Positions 38,036 to 48,856 are shown, counted from the first letter of the stretch. The stretch: 64,000 nt of DNA from an uncultured Acidobacteriota bacterium (GCA_963822445.1 CAWGHO010000003.1:320001-384000); one strand, 5' to 3'. Program-made: numbers and translations. Notes: generated from the sequence alone by a model not told the origin.

Positions 38036-40018
38036 CTACTTCCGCTTCTTCGGTCCCTTCTTCGCGCCGGCGTAGAACGGCGTCTCCGCGCGCGGCCCGC
38101 GCGCGGGGCGAGGGCCGGGGCGGCCAGTCGTGGCCTCGCGACGCGGGCCGGCTGGCTTGGCGTAGCGAGGAGGACCGGACGGGCGGGCGGGGCGATCGTC
38201 GCGCGGGCCGGCATCGCGGCCGTAGCGCGGAGGTCCGCTCGGCCGAGGCGGACGGTCATCGCGCGATGGCCGATCCTCGCGAGGCGCAGCATCGCGTCCA
38301 TATCGCGGCGGTCCCGTCGGCCGCGCGGGGCGTTCGCGATCGCGGTCGGCGTATCGAGGCGGCGGCGGTCCGCTCGGGCGCGACGGTCTTTCGCGCGGCG
38401 GCGGCTCGTTGCCGGCCACGCGGATGTTCACCTTCTTGCCGCGGAACTTCGCGTGGCCGACTTTTGCGATCACCGTCTCGACGAGATGCTCGGGAATGCC
38501 GACGTACGTCATGTCATCGCGAATGTCGATCGGGCCGATGTCGCGGCCGGGGATGTCCGCTTCGTTGGCGATCGAGCCGACGATGTCCGCGGGGCGGATG
38601 CCGTCGCGTTTGCCGACGGCCATCGACAGCCGCACTGTTTTCCCGGGCCTGTCCTCGGACGGCGGTTCGGGACGCGCCGCGACGACAGGCTCCGGCACGA
38701 CGGCCAGAGATCGGGCGTTGTTCGCGATCCGAGCCGCCGCCGCAGCAACCTCCGCCATGTCGAACGGACCTTCCTCGGCCAGCTGCTCGACGAGCTCGAC
38801 GTACAGATCGAGATCGCCTTCCGCGATGGTCTTGCGGATCGCTTCCTTGAATACGCCGATGCGCTTCGCCGCCACGTCCGCGCGAGTGGGGATCTTCATC
38901 GGCTTGATCGGCGAGCCGGTGTAGCGCTCGATCTCGCGCATCATCCGCCGTTCGCGAGGGGTGACGAAGAGCGTGGCCACACCGGTGCGCCCCGCGCGTC
39001 CGGTGCGTCCGATGCGATGCACGTACGCCTCGACGTCATGAGGAACGTCGTAGTTGATGACGTGGGTCGATCTGCTCGACGTCGAGCCCGCGCGCGGCAA
39101 CGTCGGTCGCGACCACGATCTCCACCTGTCCCGCGCGCAGTCGGCGGATGACGCTCTCGCGCAGCGGCCTGGGTCATGTCGCCGTGCATGGCCACGGCGG
39201 CGAATCCGCGGCCTTCGAGCTTCTCCGCGAGCTCCGCCGATCCGGTCTTCGTCCGGCGGAAGATGAGCACGGCCTCGGTCGGCTGTTCGAGCTCCAGGAT
39301 CTGCGTCAGCACCTCGAGCTTCTGCCCCTCGGAGACGTTGAGGAAACGCTGCTCGATGAGCCGGCGTGCTCACGTCGGATGCTCGATCTCGATCCGCTCC
39401 GGATTGCGCAGGTGGCGCTTGGCGATGCGCAGGACTTCGTCGGGCATGGTCGCGGAGAAGAGCGCGATCTGCCGCTCGGCCGGTGCGGCGCCGAGGATGC
39501 GCTCGACTTCTTCGATGAAGCCCATCTTCAGCATCTCGTCCGCTTCATCGAGGACGATCACTCTTGATCTTGTCGAGCTTGAGGCTGCCCCGATCGAGAT
39601 GATCGATGAGGCGGCCGGGCGTGCCGACGACGACATGCGCGCCGCGCTCGAGGCGCTTGAGCTGCGGCACGATCGGCGCGCCGCCGTAAACGGGCAGCAC
39701 GCTGACGTGCTCCATCTTCGCGGCATACGAATGAATGGCCTCGGCGACCTGCATCGCCAGCTCGCGCGTCGGCGTGAGCACGAGCGCCTGCGTGTCGCGG
39801 CTTTTCGGGTCGATTTTCTGAAGGATCGGCAGCGCGAATGCGGCGGTCTTGCCGGTGCCGGTCTGCGCCTGGCCGATGAGGTCGCCGCCGGCGAGCAGCA
39901 GGGGAATGGTGCGCTCCTGGATCGGCGTCGGCACTTCGTATCCGAGACCCGTGAGCGCTTCGAGCAGCTTCGGGTCGAGGCCGAGGTCGGCGAAGGTGAG
40001 CGTGTCGCTTTCGTTCAT
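38036..40018 (-). CDS. deaD: DEAD-box RNA helicase with DbpA-type RNA-binding domain (several apparent frameshifts)
   Basis: Q motif [65 protein letters not shown] spread over several frames; Arg/Pro-rich repeated tail. Confidence 0.85.
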
Positions 40019-40037
40019 GCGTGATAAGAGATCACAA

Positions 40038-41068
40038 ATGCGGGACTTTCGCTCCGACAACACGCAGGGCTGTTCTCCGGAGGTCCTCGAGGCCATCGCG
40101 CGCGCCGCCGCGGGGACCATGAGCTCGTACGGCAGCGACGAGATCACCAGGCGCGTGCAGAAGCAGTGCCGGGAGATTTTCGAGACCGACCTCGAGGTTT
40201 TTCCGGTGATCACCGGCACGGCCGGAAACGCGCTGGCCATCGCCTCCATGCGGCCGTCGATCGTGCTCTGCCACGAGGATGCGCACATCGTTCGCGACGA
40301 ATTGGGGCGCCGGAGTTTTATGCGGATGGGGCGAGGATGGTGGCGGTGGCGGGGGCGGCGGGGAAATTGAGCCCCGGTGTAGTGTGGGCCTCTGGCCTAC
40401 CTCTGACCCCCGCCCAAGGTAGGCCGGAGGCCCACACTACACCGCTAGTCCTCAGCCTCACCACCGTCACCGAAGCGGGCACGGTATACACCGCCGACGA
40501 GATTCGCGCGCTCACTTCATCCGGCCGTTACTCCGTCCACCTCGACGGCGCGCGGTTCGCGAACGCCGTCGTCTCGACCGGCAGCTCGCCGGCCGATCTG
40601 ACCTGGCGCGCGGGGGTGGACATCCTCGTCTTCGGCGGGACGAAGAACGGCCTCCTCGCCGCGGAGCTGATCGTCGTCTTTCGAAAAGAGCTCGCCACCG
40701 AGCTCGCGCCGCGCATTCATCGCGCGGGACATCGTCCGGCGAAGATGCGCTTTCTGTCCGCGCAGTTCGAGGCTTACCTGACCGACGATCTCTGGCTCCG
40801 CAATGCCCGCCACGCCAACGCGATGGCGACGCAGCTCGCGGAAGGGCTGGAGACGATCTACCCGGTCGAGGCAAACATCGTCTTCACGCGATTCAAACCG
40901 GAGGTCGCGAAGAAGCTGACCGAGGACGGATTTCAGTTCTTCGATTGGCCGATTTTCGGCGAGGACGCGTTCAGGCTCGTGACCGGATTCGCCACGACCG
41001 CTTCCGAAGTCAGCGATTTCTCGAGCAGCATCGCCGCCGCATCGGGCGGCAGCGGCCGCGCGAAGTAG
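40038..41068 (+). CDS. ltaE: low-specificity L-threonine aldolase (one frameshift at about 40305)
   Basis: MRDFRSDN...YGSD...GTAGNALA...DE(L)GAPEF...TEAGTVY...HLDGARFANA...FGGTKNG. One G is missing in a G-run. Confidence 0.85.
40375..40444. repeat. REP-like palindromic element inside the threonine aldolase CDS
   Basis: CGGTGTAGTGTGGGCCTCTGGCCTACCT...AGGTAGGCCGGAGGCCCACACTACACCG; homologous to 34230-34298. Confidence 0.8.
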
Positions 41069-43101
41069 AAGCCCTGCGCGTAGTCGACGCCGAGGCCGCG
41101 CATCCGCCTGGCCTGCTCCTCGATCTCCAGCCCTTCGACGGTGACGGCCATGCCCAGCACGCGCGCCAGGCCGGAGATGGTCCGCACGATCTCGTTCCCT
41201 CGAACGGCATCGGCATCGAGCAGGAAGGAGCGATCGATCTTCAGCATGTCGAACGGAAACTCCCGCAAGGAGCTCAGCGACGAATAGCCCGTACCGAAGT
41301 CGTCGAGACTCAGCTTCACGTTGAGCGCGCACAACCTCCGCAACAGTTGCGCGGCGGCATCAGCATTGTCGATGAGCAGGCTCTCCGTGACCTCGAGATG
41401 CAACCGCTCCGGCGCCACGCCCGATGCGTTGACGATCTCTTCGACGCGCTCGACGAAATTCGGCTGCAGCAGCTGGCGCGGCGACAGGTTGACGTGCAGG
41501 TCGATCGCGTGGCCGGTGAGTCCCGCGTCATCCCATTCCTTCATCTGCCGCAGCGACTCGCTCAGCACCCACTCCCCGATCGGCACGATCAGCCCCGTCT
41601 CCTCGGCGATATTGATGATGGCATCGGCCTGCACGAGTTGATCGCCGCGCTGCCAGCGCACCAGCGCCTCGAAGCCGACCAGCATCGAGTCGCGCATGGC
41701 AACGATGGGCTGGTAGAAGACGCGCAGTTCCTCGCGCTCGATGGCGCGGCGCAAGTCGGTCTCGAACTGGAGCAGTTCCACGGTCCGCTCGTGCATCGCC
41801 GTGTCGAAGACCTCATGCCTGGCCTTGCCGCGCTCTTTCGCGCGATACATGGCGATGTCGGCATCGCGCAGCGCGTCCTGCGGATTGCGGTAGCCCGTGG
41901 TGCTCACGGCGATGCCGATGCTGACGGTGGTGAAGACCTCATGGCCGCCGAGTTGAAAGGGCTCGACGAGCGCTTCCTGGATGCGCCGCGCGGTCCGCAC
42001 CGCTTCGGCCGCCTGATCGAGGCAGTCGATGAGGATCGCGAACTCGTCACCGCCGAGGCGGGCGATGGTGTCGCTGGAGCGGAGCGTGTCGGACAGCCGG
42101 CGGGCGACGGCGATGAGCAGGTCGTCGCCGAGGGTGTGGCCGAGGCTGTCGTTGACGACTTTGAAGCGATCGAGGTCGAGGAAGAGCACGGCGAAAACGC
42201 TGTCCGGGCGGCGGCGATGCGTTTCCATCGCCCGTTGCAGCCGATCCATGAACAGCGCGCGATTCGGAAGCTGGGTGAGGGCGTCGTGAAAGGCGTCGTG
42301 GGTGAGCCGCTCGACGGCGACCTTCCGTTCGGTGACGTCGGTCTGGGATCCGGCGATGCGCGTGGCACTGCCGCTCGCGTCGCGAACCGCCAGTCCGCGG
42401 CTGAGCATCCAGCGGTACGAGCCGTCCTTCGTGCGCATGCGGTGCTCGTTCTCGAAATGCGGGGTCAGCCCGCGCACGTGACGATCCATCTCGCTGCGCA
42501 GAATCACCACGTCATCGGGATGAATGCGCGACCACCACTCATCCGGCGCGTCGCCGACCTCATCCTCGGCATGACCGAGCATCTCCTTCCAGCGAGGGGA
42601 GAGGTAGATCTCGTTCGCGCGCAGGTCCCACACCCACAGCCCGTCGTTCGCGCCGCGCGCGGAGAGCGCGTAACGCTCTTCACTTTCGCGCAAGGCCTGG
42701 AGCGTGCGGCTTTGCTCGAGCGCGTAACGGATCGAGCGCTCGAGCAGGCGCGCGTCGATCTGCCCCTTCACGAGGTAATCCGCGGCCCCTTCCTTCATCG
42801 CGGCGAGATCGATGTCGCCGTCGCCCTGGCCGGTGAGGAGGATCAGCGGCGCGGAAACGCCCGCCTTTCGCGCGTGGCGCAGGACTTCCAGGCCGTCGTG
42901 CTCGCCGAGACGGAAGTCGACGAGAAAGAGATCGTGTCCGTCGCGGGCGATGGCCGGCAGCGCTTCTTCGAATGACGAGACCCATTCGAGCTCGAACTTC
43001 GTGCGGCGGCTGTCGGCAAGGAGATCGCGAGTGAGAACGAAATCGTCCTCATCGTCCTCGACGAGCAGGATCCGTACGGCGCGCGTGTCCAGATCAGTCA
43101 A
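40933..43101 (-). CDS. REC-PAS-GGDEF-EAL protein
   Basis: ILLVEDD receiver; GANDGLWVWD PAS; HDALTQLPNR, RLGGDEF; FEALVRW, LDDFGTGYSSL. Confidence 0.93.
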   Translation of the reverse strand: MTDLDTRAVRILLVEDDEDDFVLTRDLLADSRRTKFELEWVSSFEEALPAIARDGHDLFLVDFRLGEHDGLEVLRHARKAGVSAPLILLTGQGDGDIDLAAMKEGAADYLVKGQIDARLLERSIRYALEQSRTLQALRESEERYALSARGANDGLWVWDLRANEIYLSPRWKEMLGHAEDEVGDAPDEWWSRIHPDDVVILRSEMDRHVRGLTPHFENEHRMRTKDGSYRWMLSRGLAVRDASGSATRIAGSQTDVTERKVAVERLTHDAFHDALTQLPNRALFMDRLQRAMETHRRRPDSVFAVLFLDLDRFKVVNDSLGHTLGDDLLIAVARRLSDTLRSSDTIARLGGDEFAILIDCLDQAAEAVRTARRIQEALVEPFQLGGHEVFTTVSIGIAVSTTGYRNPQDALRDADIAMYRAKERGKARHEVFDTAMHERTVELLQFETDLRRAIEREELRVFYQPIVAMRDSMLVGFEALVRWQRGDQLVQADAIINIAEETGLIVPIGEWVLSESLRQMKEWDDAGLTGHAIDLHVNLSPRQLLQPNFVERVEEIVNASGVAPERLHLEVTESLLIDNADAAAQLLRRLCALNVKLSLDDFGTGYSSLSSLREFPFDMLKIDRSFLLDADAVRGNEIVRTISGLARVLGMAVTVEGLEIEEQARRMRGLGVDYAQGFYFARPLPPDAAAMLLEKSLTSEAVVANPVTSLNASSPKIGQSKN

Positions 43102-43552
43102 TGTTGTTGGGTGGGAGCTCCACGATCTCGATCCAGTAGCGCCCGATCTCGCGCATCACTGCGACCAGCCCTTCGAAGCTGACCGGCTTGGTGATGAACG
43201 AGTTCGCGCCGAGATCGTACGTGCGGTAGATGTCTTCTTCTGCCTTCGACGTGGTGAGCACGACGATGGGGATGCGACGGAGGTCGGGATCGTTCTTGAT
43301 TTCGCGCAGCGCCTCGCGGCCGTCTTTGCGAGGCATGTTGAGATCGAGCAGGATCAGGCCGGGCGCCGGCGACGAGCCGGCATCGGCGTAGCGGCCGCGG
43401 TGATAGAGGTAGTCGAGCAGCTCGTCACCGTCCTCGACGAAGCGGAGATCGTTGACCACGCGGCTCTCCGCCAGCGCGTCGGCGGCGAGCATGCGATCTT
43501 CCTCGTCGTCGTCTGCGAGAAGAATGATGATTGGCTTTCCTGGATCGATCAT
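43094..43552 (-). CDS. single-domain response regulator
   Basis: LLADDD...LILLDLNMPRKDG...VLTTS...GANSFITKP. Confidence 0.92.
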   Translation of the reverse strand: MIDPGKPIIILLADDDEEDRMLAADALAESRVVNDLRFVEDGDELLDYLYHRGRYADAGSSPAPGLILLDLNMPRKDGREALREIKNDPDLRRIPIVVLTTSKAEEDIYRTYDLGANSFITKPVSFEGLVAVMREIGRYWIEIVELPPNNID

Positions 43553-45306
43553 GAATGGTCCGGAAGCGTCACGATGAACACGGAGCCCTCCCCTGGTGTG
43601 CTGTACGCGACGATCTCTCCCCCGTGGCGTTCCGCTATTTTGCGACAGATCGCCAGTCCAATGCCCGTCCCATCGTATTTTCCGCGTGCGTGCAGCCGCT
43701 CGAACATCGTGAAAATGCGGTCGGCGTACTTGTCCTCGAAGCCGATTCCGTTATCGGTGACGGTGATGGTCCGGGTGCCGCGGTCATCGCGCTGGCTCTC
43801 GATCTCCACGACCGGCGGGATGCCGGGGCGATGGAACTTCAGCGCGTTCGAGATCAGGTTCTGCAGCAGTTGGCGCATCTGCAGCGGATCGGCGGAGATG
43901 GTCGGCAGGTTGCGAATGACGATCTTTCCGTTGACGTCGTGAGCGCGCGTTTCCAGGTCTTTCGCCACCTCGTGGGCGATCTGGTTCAAATCGACCGGAA
44001 CGAACGGCTGGGCTTTGGTCGTGACGCGGGAGAAGGTGAGGAGGTCGTTGATCAGCACCTGCATCCGCTTCGCCGCGGACTGCATGCGCTCGATGTAGTC
44101 GCGGGCCTGGGCGTCGAGCTCGGCGGCGTGCTTCGACTTGAGCAGGTCCCCGAACGCCTGGATTTTTCGCAGTGGCTCCTGCAGATCGTGCGAGGCGACG
44201 TAGGCGAAGTCCTCGAGCTCGCGGTTGCTCTGCTCGAGGCGTTTCATGGTCAGGCGCAGCTCTTCGTCGGCGCGTTTGCGCTCGCGGATGTCGCGGGCGA
44301 TGACCACCGCGCCCTGCTGCACGTCGTGCTCGCTGACCGGCGAAATGGAGACGCTCACGTCGATGCCGTGGCCTTCCTTGTGATGCAGGCGGCGCTCGGA
44401 ATCGCGAATGGGACCGCGCTGGGAAAGCTCGCGCAGGGTCCGGGAGATCGTCACTTCCTTGTCGACCTCCTCGAGAGCGTCGATGGAGCGGCCGAGGAGG
44501 TCGTGCTCGCCGTAGCCGAGGAGGGTGCGGACCGCGCCGTTGATCACGCGGATGCGGCCGTCGGCGTCGATCACGAACAGCGCGTCAGCCATCGTCTCCA
44601 GAATCTCGCGCGACGCGCGCGCCGCGGTGATGGAAGTGAAGCGATGCCGCCGGATCGTGCCCCAGGCCACGGCGATGAACGCGATCACGGGGACGTAGCC
44701 GATGGGCCGGGTCTCGAAGCCGAACATCGGCAGGAAGTCGTGCACCGCGAAGTAGACGACCATGAACGCGGCGAGAAGGCGGCCGATGCGGCGGCGGCGC
44801 GCTGGATCCCTGGTGCGCCGGTATTCGAGAAATCCCTCGATCAGCTGGCCGATCAGCGCGGCGAAAAAGAACAGCAGGAAGGGAATCGCAGCCGGTCCGG
44901 CAGTCGGATAGAAGCCCCAGGAATGGCTGGTCACGTTCTTCGCGAGCGCGGGAGTGAAGGCGGCGACGATCGCGAACGCGGTGGCCACGACCCAGACGGC
45001 GAGGATCACTTTCTTGCGCGAGGAGTAGAGCCGCAACGCGGTCGCGGTGAAGTCGTAAATCGCCGCGGGCAGAAAACAGACCGCGGCGAGAGCGATGCGT
45101 CCCCAGACCACGGCCATCGAAGGCGCGCTCGAAAGGAACATCGCGGCGAAGCCGGTGAACCAGATCGCGACCAGCACGATCATCAGGCAGAAGAGCACTG
45201 CCACGCGGGACGCGCGTTGTCGCCTGAAGATGATGGCCGCAAGGGTGAACAGCGCTGCGCCGACGATCGCCCAGGGCAATGCGTGTAGGTTCCAGCGGTA
45301 GAGCAA
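43549..45306 (-). CDS. 7TM-PAS sensor histidine kinase
   Basis: Multiple TM helices, PAS, FAYVASHDLQEPLR, NLISNALKF, DNGIGF, GTGIGL. Start is uncertain (TTG 45306 chosen). Confidence 0.88.
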   Translation of the reverse strand: MLYRWNLHALPWAIVGAALFTLAAIIFRRQRASRVAVLFCLMIVLVAIWFTGFAAMFLSSAPSMAVVWGRIALAAVCFLPAAIYDFTATALRLYSSRKKVILAVWVVATAFAIVAAFTPALAKNVTSHSWGFYPTAGPAAIPFLLFFFAALIGQLIEGFLEYRRTRDPARRRRIGRLLAAFMVVYFAVHDFLPMFGFETRPIGYVPVIAFIAVAWGTIRRHRFTSITAARASREILETMADALFVIDADGRIRVINGAVRTLLGYGEHDLLGRSIDALEEVDKEVTISRTLRELSQRGPIRDSERRLHHKEGHGIDVSVSISPVSEHDVQQGAVVIARDIRERKRADEELRLTMKRLEQSNRELEDFAYVASHDLQEPLRKIQAFGDLLKSKHAAELDAQARDYIERMQSAAKRMQVLINDLLTFSRVTTKAQPFVPVDLNQIAHEVAKDLETRAHDVNGKIVIRNLPTISADPLQMRQLLQNLISNALKFHRPGIPPVVEIESQRDDRGTRTITVTDNGIGFEDKYADRIFTMFERLHARGKYDGTGIGLAICRKIAERHGGEIVAYSTPGEGSVFIVTLPDHS

Positions 45307-45368
45307 GTGGTGGCTATGATCGCATGGGGCTACACTCGTCCACGTCCTGCTGACAATGGAGGGATCGA

Positions 45369-45689
45369 ATGGCCCGAAAGATCGCAACCCTGGTCGTGTT
45401 TTGTCTGGTGCTCGCCGCTCCCGCCGCGATGGCCGCGGAGTGGACGGGCTGGATCACCGACGAGCATTGCGGCGCGAAAGGCGCGAAGGCGGAGCATCAG
45501 AGCTGCGCCATTCGCTGCGCGGATCGCGGTGCGGCGCTGGTCTTCTACAACCTCGCCGACGAGAAGGTCTACAAGATCGATGACCAGGCCGCGGCGAAGA
45601 AGCACCTCGGCCACAAGGTCAAGGTCACGGGAACGATGGACGAGGCCACGATCAAGGTCGAAGCCATCGACGAAGTTCCGGCCGAGTGA
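45369..45689 (+). CDS. small secreted OB-fold-like protein with Cys/His motif
   Basis: Signal peptide; GWITDEHCG...HQSCAIRC...GHKVKVTG. Confidence 0.7.
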   Translation: MARKIATLVVFCLVLAAPAAMAAEWTGWITDEHCGAKGAKAEHQSCAIRCADRGAALVFYNLADEKVYKIDDQAAAKKHLGHKVKVTGTMDEATIKVEAIDEVPAE

Positions 45690-46396
45690 AGGCTCTGTCC
45701 CGCGCGGCGGCGCTGCTGCTGTTGATCGCGTGCCGGAACGAAGGTGTATCGACGGCTACTACCGCGACGGCAACGCCGCCCGCGCCGGCATCGGACATCG
45801 TCACCTGTGCGCCGGCGGCGCATCGCCTCTGTCCCGTCGATGAGGGAACCAGCGACGCCTCCTTCGTGGCATTTCGCGATGCGTTGAGCGATGCGGTCAG
45901 CCGCAAGGACGAGACGGCGCTGCTCGCGCTGATCGATCCCGCCATTCGAACGAGTTTCGGTGGCGGCAGTGGATTGGAAGACTTCCGGAACCAATGGAGG
46001 TCTTCTTCAGCGGACAGCAAGCTCTGGGCGGAGCTCTCGGAGGTTCTCAATCTCGGCGGAACGTTCCGCGGGGAAGGGACGGACCGTTCGTTCTGGGCGC
46101 CTTACGTTTACGCGGCCTGGCCCGATTCGATCGACGCGTTTCAGCACGTCGCGGCGACACGCGCGAACGTCCCCATCCGGCGTGAGCCGGCACAACAGGC
46201 GGAGATCGTGGCAACGGTCGATTGGGAGATCCTCGCCGCGAGCGAGCGTGCGAGCGGTTGGATTCAGGTGAAGACGAGCGACGGCAAACAAGGCTGGGTC
46301 CAGGAATCCGATGTGCGTAGCCCCGTCGGCTATCGCGCCGGATTCTCGAAGCGAAGCGGTGCCTGGAAGATGGAAGCGCTGGTCGCCGGCGACTGA
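45686..46396 (+). CDS. lipoprotein with C-terminal SH3-like domain
   Basis: Lipobox LIAC; SFGG, LNLGG, FWAPY; WIQVKTSDGKQGWV. Confidence 0.7.
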   Translation: MKALSRAAALLLLIACRNEGVSTATTATATPPAPASDIVTCAPAAHRLCPVDEGTSDASFVAFRDALSDAVSRKDETALLALIDPAIRTSFGGGSGLEDFRNQWRSSSADSKLWAELSEVLNLGGTFRGEGTDRSFWAPYVYAAWPDSIDAFQHVAATRANVPIRREPAQQAEIVATVDWEILAASERASGWIQVKTSDGKQGWVQESDVRSPVGYRAGFSKRSGAWKMEALVAGD

Positions 46397-46399
46397 GTC

Positions 46400-47032
46400 G
46401 TGAGAACGAAAGCGGAACCGGTCACTGTGTTTGTTTCGGCGGCCCTGATCCTGGTCGCCGTTGCAGTTTCATGGCGCGCTTCCGACTTTCGATCTGCCGT
46501 CTCGCTCGATGAGCTGGCGCTCCTCGGAATCCCGATCACGATGGCAGCGCTGGTGGCTTTCGGCATTCGCGTCGCCGACGGCAAGCTCGCGCACATCTCC
46601 AGTGTGCGTCCGGACACCGGGCATGCGTTTCAGGTTCCGGAGCTGGCGCAGGCGGCGGTGGTCGCGTTCATTGGTTCGCTCTTTTCGGGCACGGCCTACG
46701 TCGCCGCGGCAGTCCTGGATCTGCCACCTTCGTATCGCTGGATCCCGCCTGTGCTTCTCGCCGGTCCGGAGCTGGTGGTCATGTACTACTTCGCGCGCCG
46801 GCTCATCGACATCGACATGCTCCGTCCCGACGTACGTCCCTGGTTTCTGACCGCAATGCTCACCCTCGGCTCGGCAGGCATGGCCACGGCGAAGTTCTTC
46901 ACCTCGCAGCCCGTGAAGAGTGGCCAGAACGAAGGCACTTCGGCGATGACGATTCCCTTGATCATCCTCGCGGTCTTTGCCTGGATCGGCATGAGCTGGA
47001 AACGCTCGAACCATGAACATCCGACCAGTTGA
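46400..47032 (+). CDS. hypothetical membrane protein
   Basis: About six hydrophobic segments; in operon order. Confidence 0.6.
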   Translation: MRTKAEPVTVFVSAALILVAVAVSWRASDFRSAVSLDELALLGIPITMAALVAFGIRVADGKLAHISSVRPDTGHAFQVPELAQAAVVAFIGSLFSGTAYVAAAVLDLPPSYRWIPPVLLAGPELVVMYYFARRLIDIDMLRPDVRPWFLTAMLTLGSAGMATAKFFTSQPVKSGQNEGTSAMTIPLIILAVFAWIGMSWKRSNHEHPTS

Positions 47033-47450
47033 TAAGGCCGACGCCGCGGAATGGCTCCGCATGCGGACCACGCTCTGGCCGGGCGATCACACGTCCGAGA
47101 TCGAAGAGTTTTTTCGCTCCGGTGGCTCGCCATTGCTGGCCGCGGTATTGGTCGCCGAGCGATCGCCGTCGGGCCTCTGTGGATTCCTCGAGATCGGACT
47201 CCGAGGGTATGCGGAAGGATGCGAGTCGTCGCCGGTTCCCTTCATCGAAGGCTGGTATGTGGACGAGGACGTGCGCGGCACCGGCATCGGTGCGCGACTC
47301 GTTCGCGCGGCGGAGGATTGGGCGCGCGAACGCGGATACAGCGAGATCGCCAGCGATGTCGAGATCGACAACGAGGGCAGTCTCGCCGCCCACCGCGCCC
47401 TCGGCTACGAAGAGGTCACGCGGATCGTTTGCTTCCGTCGCGCGCTGTAA
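47013..47450 (+). CDS. GNAT acetyltransferase, AAC(6')-I-like
   Basis: WLRMRTTLWP...LRGYAEGC...FIEGWYV...RGTGIGARLV..AEDWAR.RG..EIASD...N..S.AAH.ALG. Confidence 0.85.
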   Translation: MNIRPVDKADAAEWLRMRTTLWPGDHTSEIEEFFRSGGSPLLAAVLVAERSPSGLCGFLEIGLRGYAEGCESSPVPFIEGWYVDEDVRGTGIGARLVRAAEDWARERGYSEIASDVEIDNEGSLAAHRALGYEEVTRIVCFRRAL

Positions 47451-47550
47451 GACGCTCCTCGCTCTACGCGTTCTCTTCGCTCCGCGCGAACACGACGAAC
47501 AGCATCAGAAAAAGGCCGATCAGGCCGAAGACTTCCATGGGTCCTCCCTC

Positions 47551-48846
47551 CTACGCGCTCCGCGCGAGCTCGTCGCCGTTGCCGGCCAGCTCTTCGAGCA
47601 ACTCGGCGCCGGTCGTCGCTGCGTCGAGGCCCGCCATCTCGTAACGAATGGCCTCGGCGCGCGCGGCGTACGTAGGAGTACTGATTACGCGGCGAACCGC
47701 GTTACGGATTTGCTTTTCCGTGGGAACGAGCACTTTCAATCCGATCCCCACACCGGACCATTGGATGCGATTGGCGATCTCCGGTTTCTCCTCGGTCTTC
47801 CCGATGGCCACGACCGGTACTCCATGGGCCAGCGCGATCTGAATCGAGCCGTAACCGCCATTGGTGAGCAGCAGATCGACCTTCGGCATCAGGTGGGCGT
47901 AAGGGATGAATCGTTCCACGCGGACATTCGCCGGCAGAGGATCGCTTTCCACTTCGCTCGCCGGACGGCTTCCCGTTGTTACGACGACCAGCACGTCTTC
48001 GTTTGCCAGTGCGCGGATCGCGGGCCGGATCAGCTGGTCATAGTCATTGTTGATGGTGCCCTGCGTTACCAGTACGACCGGCCGTCCCGAGAGGTCGCCC
48101 CACCAGGACGGTGGCGTCCAATGCAGCGACGGAGGCGGAACCGAGGCGCCGATGAACCGGACCTGGTGGGGCATGTCCGTCCGCGGATATTCGAATGACG
48201 GCACGCTGCCCTGTAAATAGAGGTCGCTCCGCCGCGTGAATGAAAACAGGCTGCCGTTCGAACGGGCCATGCCCAGCTCGCGGCGGATGCGGCGGTAACG
48301 CTTCATCGCGCCGCGGAAAATCACGTTGTCGACCAGCCAGTACAGGGCGCGATTGCGCAGGCGTCCGAAGTACGTGGAGCTCGGCATGAGGGCGAGTCCG
48401 AAGGGCGCCGTGTCGATGCTCGGAATCGACAGCGGATTGATTCCATAGACCGCCCACGGCGTTCCCTTGCGCTCGCTCACCAGACCCGCGACGGCGAACG
48501 CGTTGTCGCTCACGAGTACGTCCGCGGGCTCTTTCGCCAGCTCGTGCTCGAGGTCGAGCAGCGCGCCCGGAACGATGTTCACGAAGATGTGCTCGATGTC
48601 GAACTGAAGCTGGGCGATGCCGCCGGAGGGGCGGCCGGGAAACTGCTCCGGCAGCCACTCCTCATCGATCGCCGTCGCGGCGCGAAAGGGAACCCAGCGC
48701 GCGCCGACGGCCTCGATGGCCCGCCGGAAACGCGGCGTCGAGTACCAGCGGACGTCGTGACCGCGCGCGACGAGCTCGCGCGCGATCGGAAGTCCCGGGT
48801 TGACGTGGCCGCTCACCGGGAAGACGGCGAAGAGATAGCGGGTCAT
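47551..48846 (-). CDS. GT1/MGT-family UDP-glycosyltransferase
   Basis: SGHVNPGLPIA.ELVARGHDV; VLVTQGT; FIPYAHLMP..DLLLTNGGYGS...EKPE. Confidence 0.88.
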   Translation of the reverse strand: MTRYLFAVFPVSGHVNPGLPIARELVARGHDVRWYSTPRFRRAIEAVGARWVPFRAATAIDEEWLPEQFPGRPSGGIAQLQFDIEHIFVNIVPGALLDLEHELAKEPADVLVSDNAFAVAGLVSERKGTPWAVYGINPLSIPSIDTAPFGLALMPSSTYFGRLRNRALYWLVDNVIFRGAMKRYRRIRRELGMARSNGSLFSFTRRSDLYLQGSVPSFEYPRTDMPHQVRFIGASVPPPSLHWTPPSWWGDLSGRPVVLVTQGTINNDYDQLIRPAIRALANEDVLVVVTTGSRPASEVESDPLPANVRVERFIPYAHLMPKVDLLLTNGGYGSIQIALAHGVPVVAIGKTEEKPEIANRIQWSGVGIGLKVLVPTEKQIRNAVRRVISTPTYAARAEAIRYEMAGLDAATTGAELLEELAGNGDELARSA

Positions 48847-48856
48847 GCGGATGCTC

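Noticed and set aside
38100-38400. Tandem DNA repeats as a separate element
   Set aside because: They encode the [11 protein letters not shown] low-complexity tail of the helicase.
38036-40018. deaD as a true pseudogene
   Set aside because: All helicase motifs are intact and the breaks are single-base frameshifts; likely sequencing indels.
34257-45288. Long antisense ORFs (e.g. 34257-36647, 40945-42975, 43555-45288; also 633-1943, 3175-4875, 5775-7346)
   Set aside because: Shadow frames of high-GC genes with no recognisable motifs.
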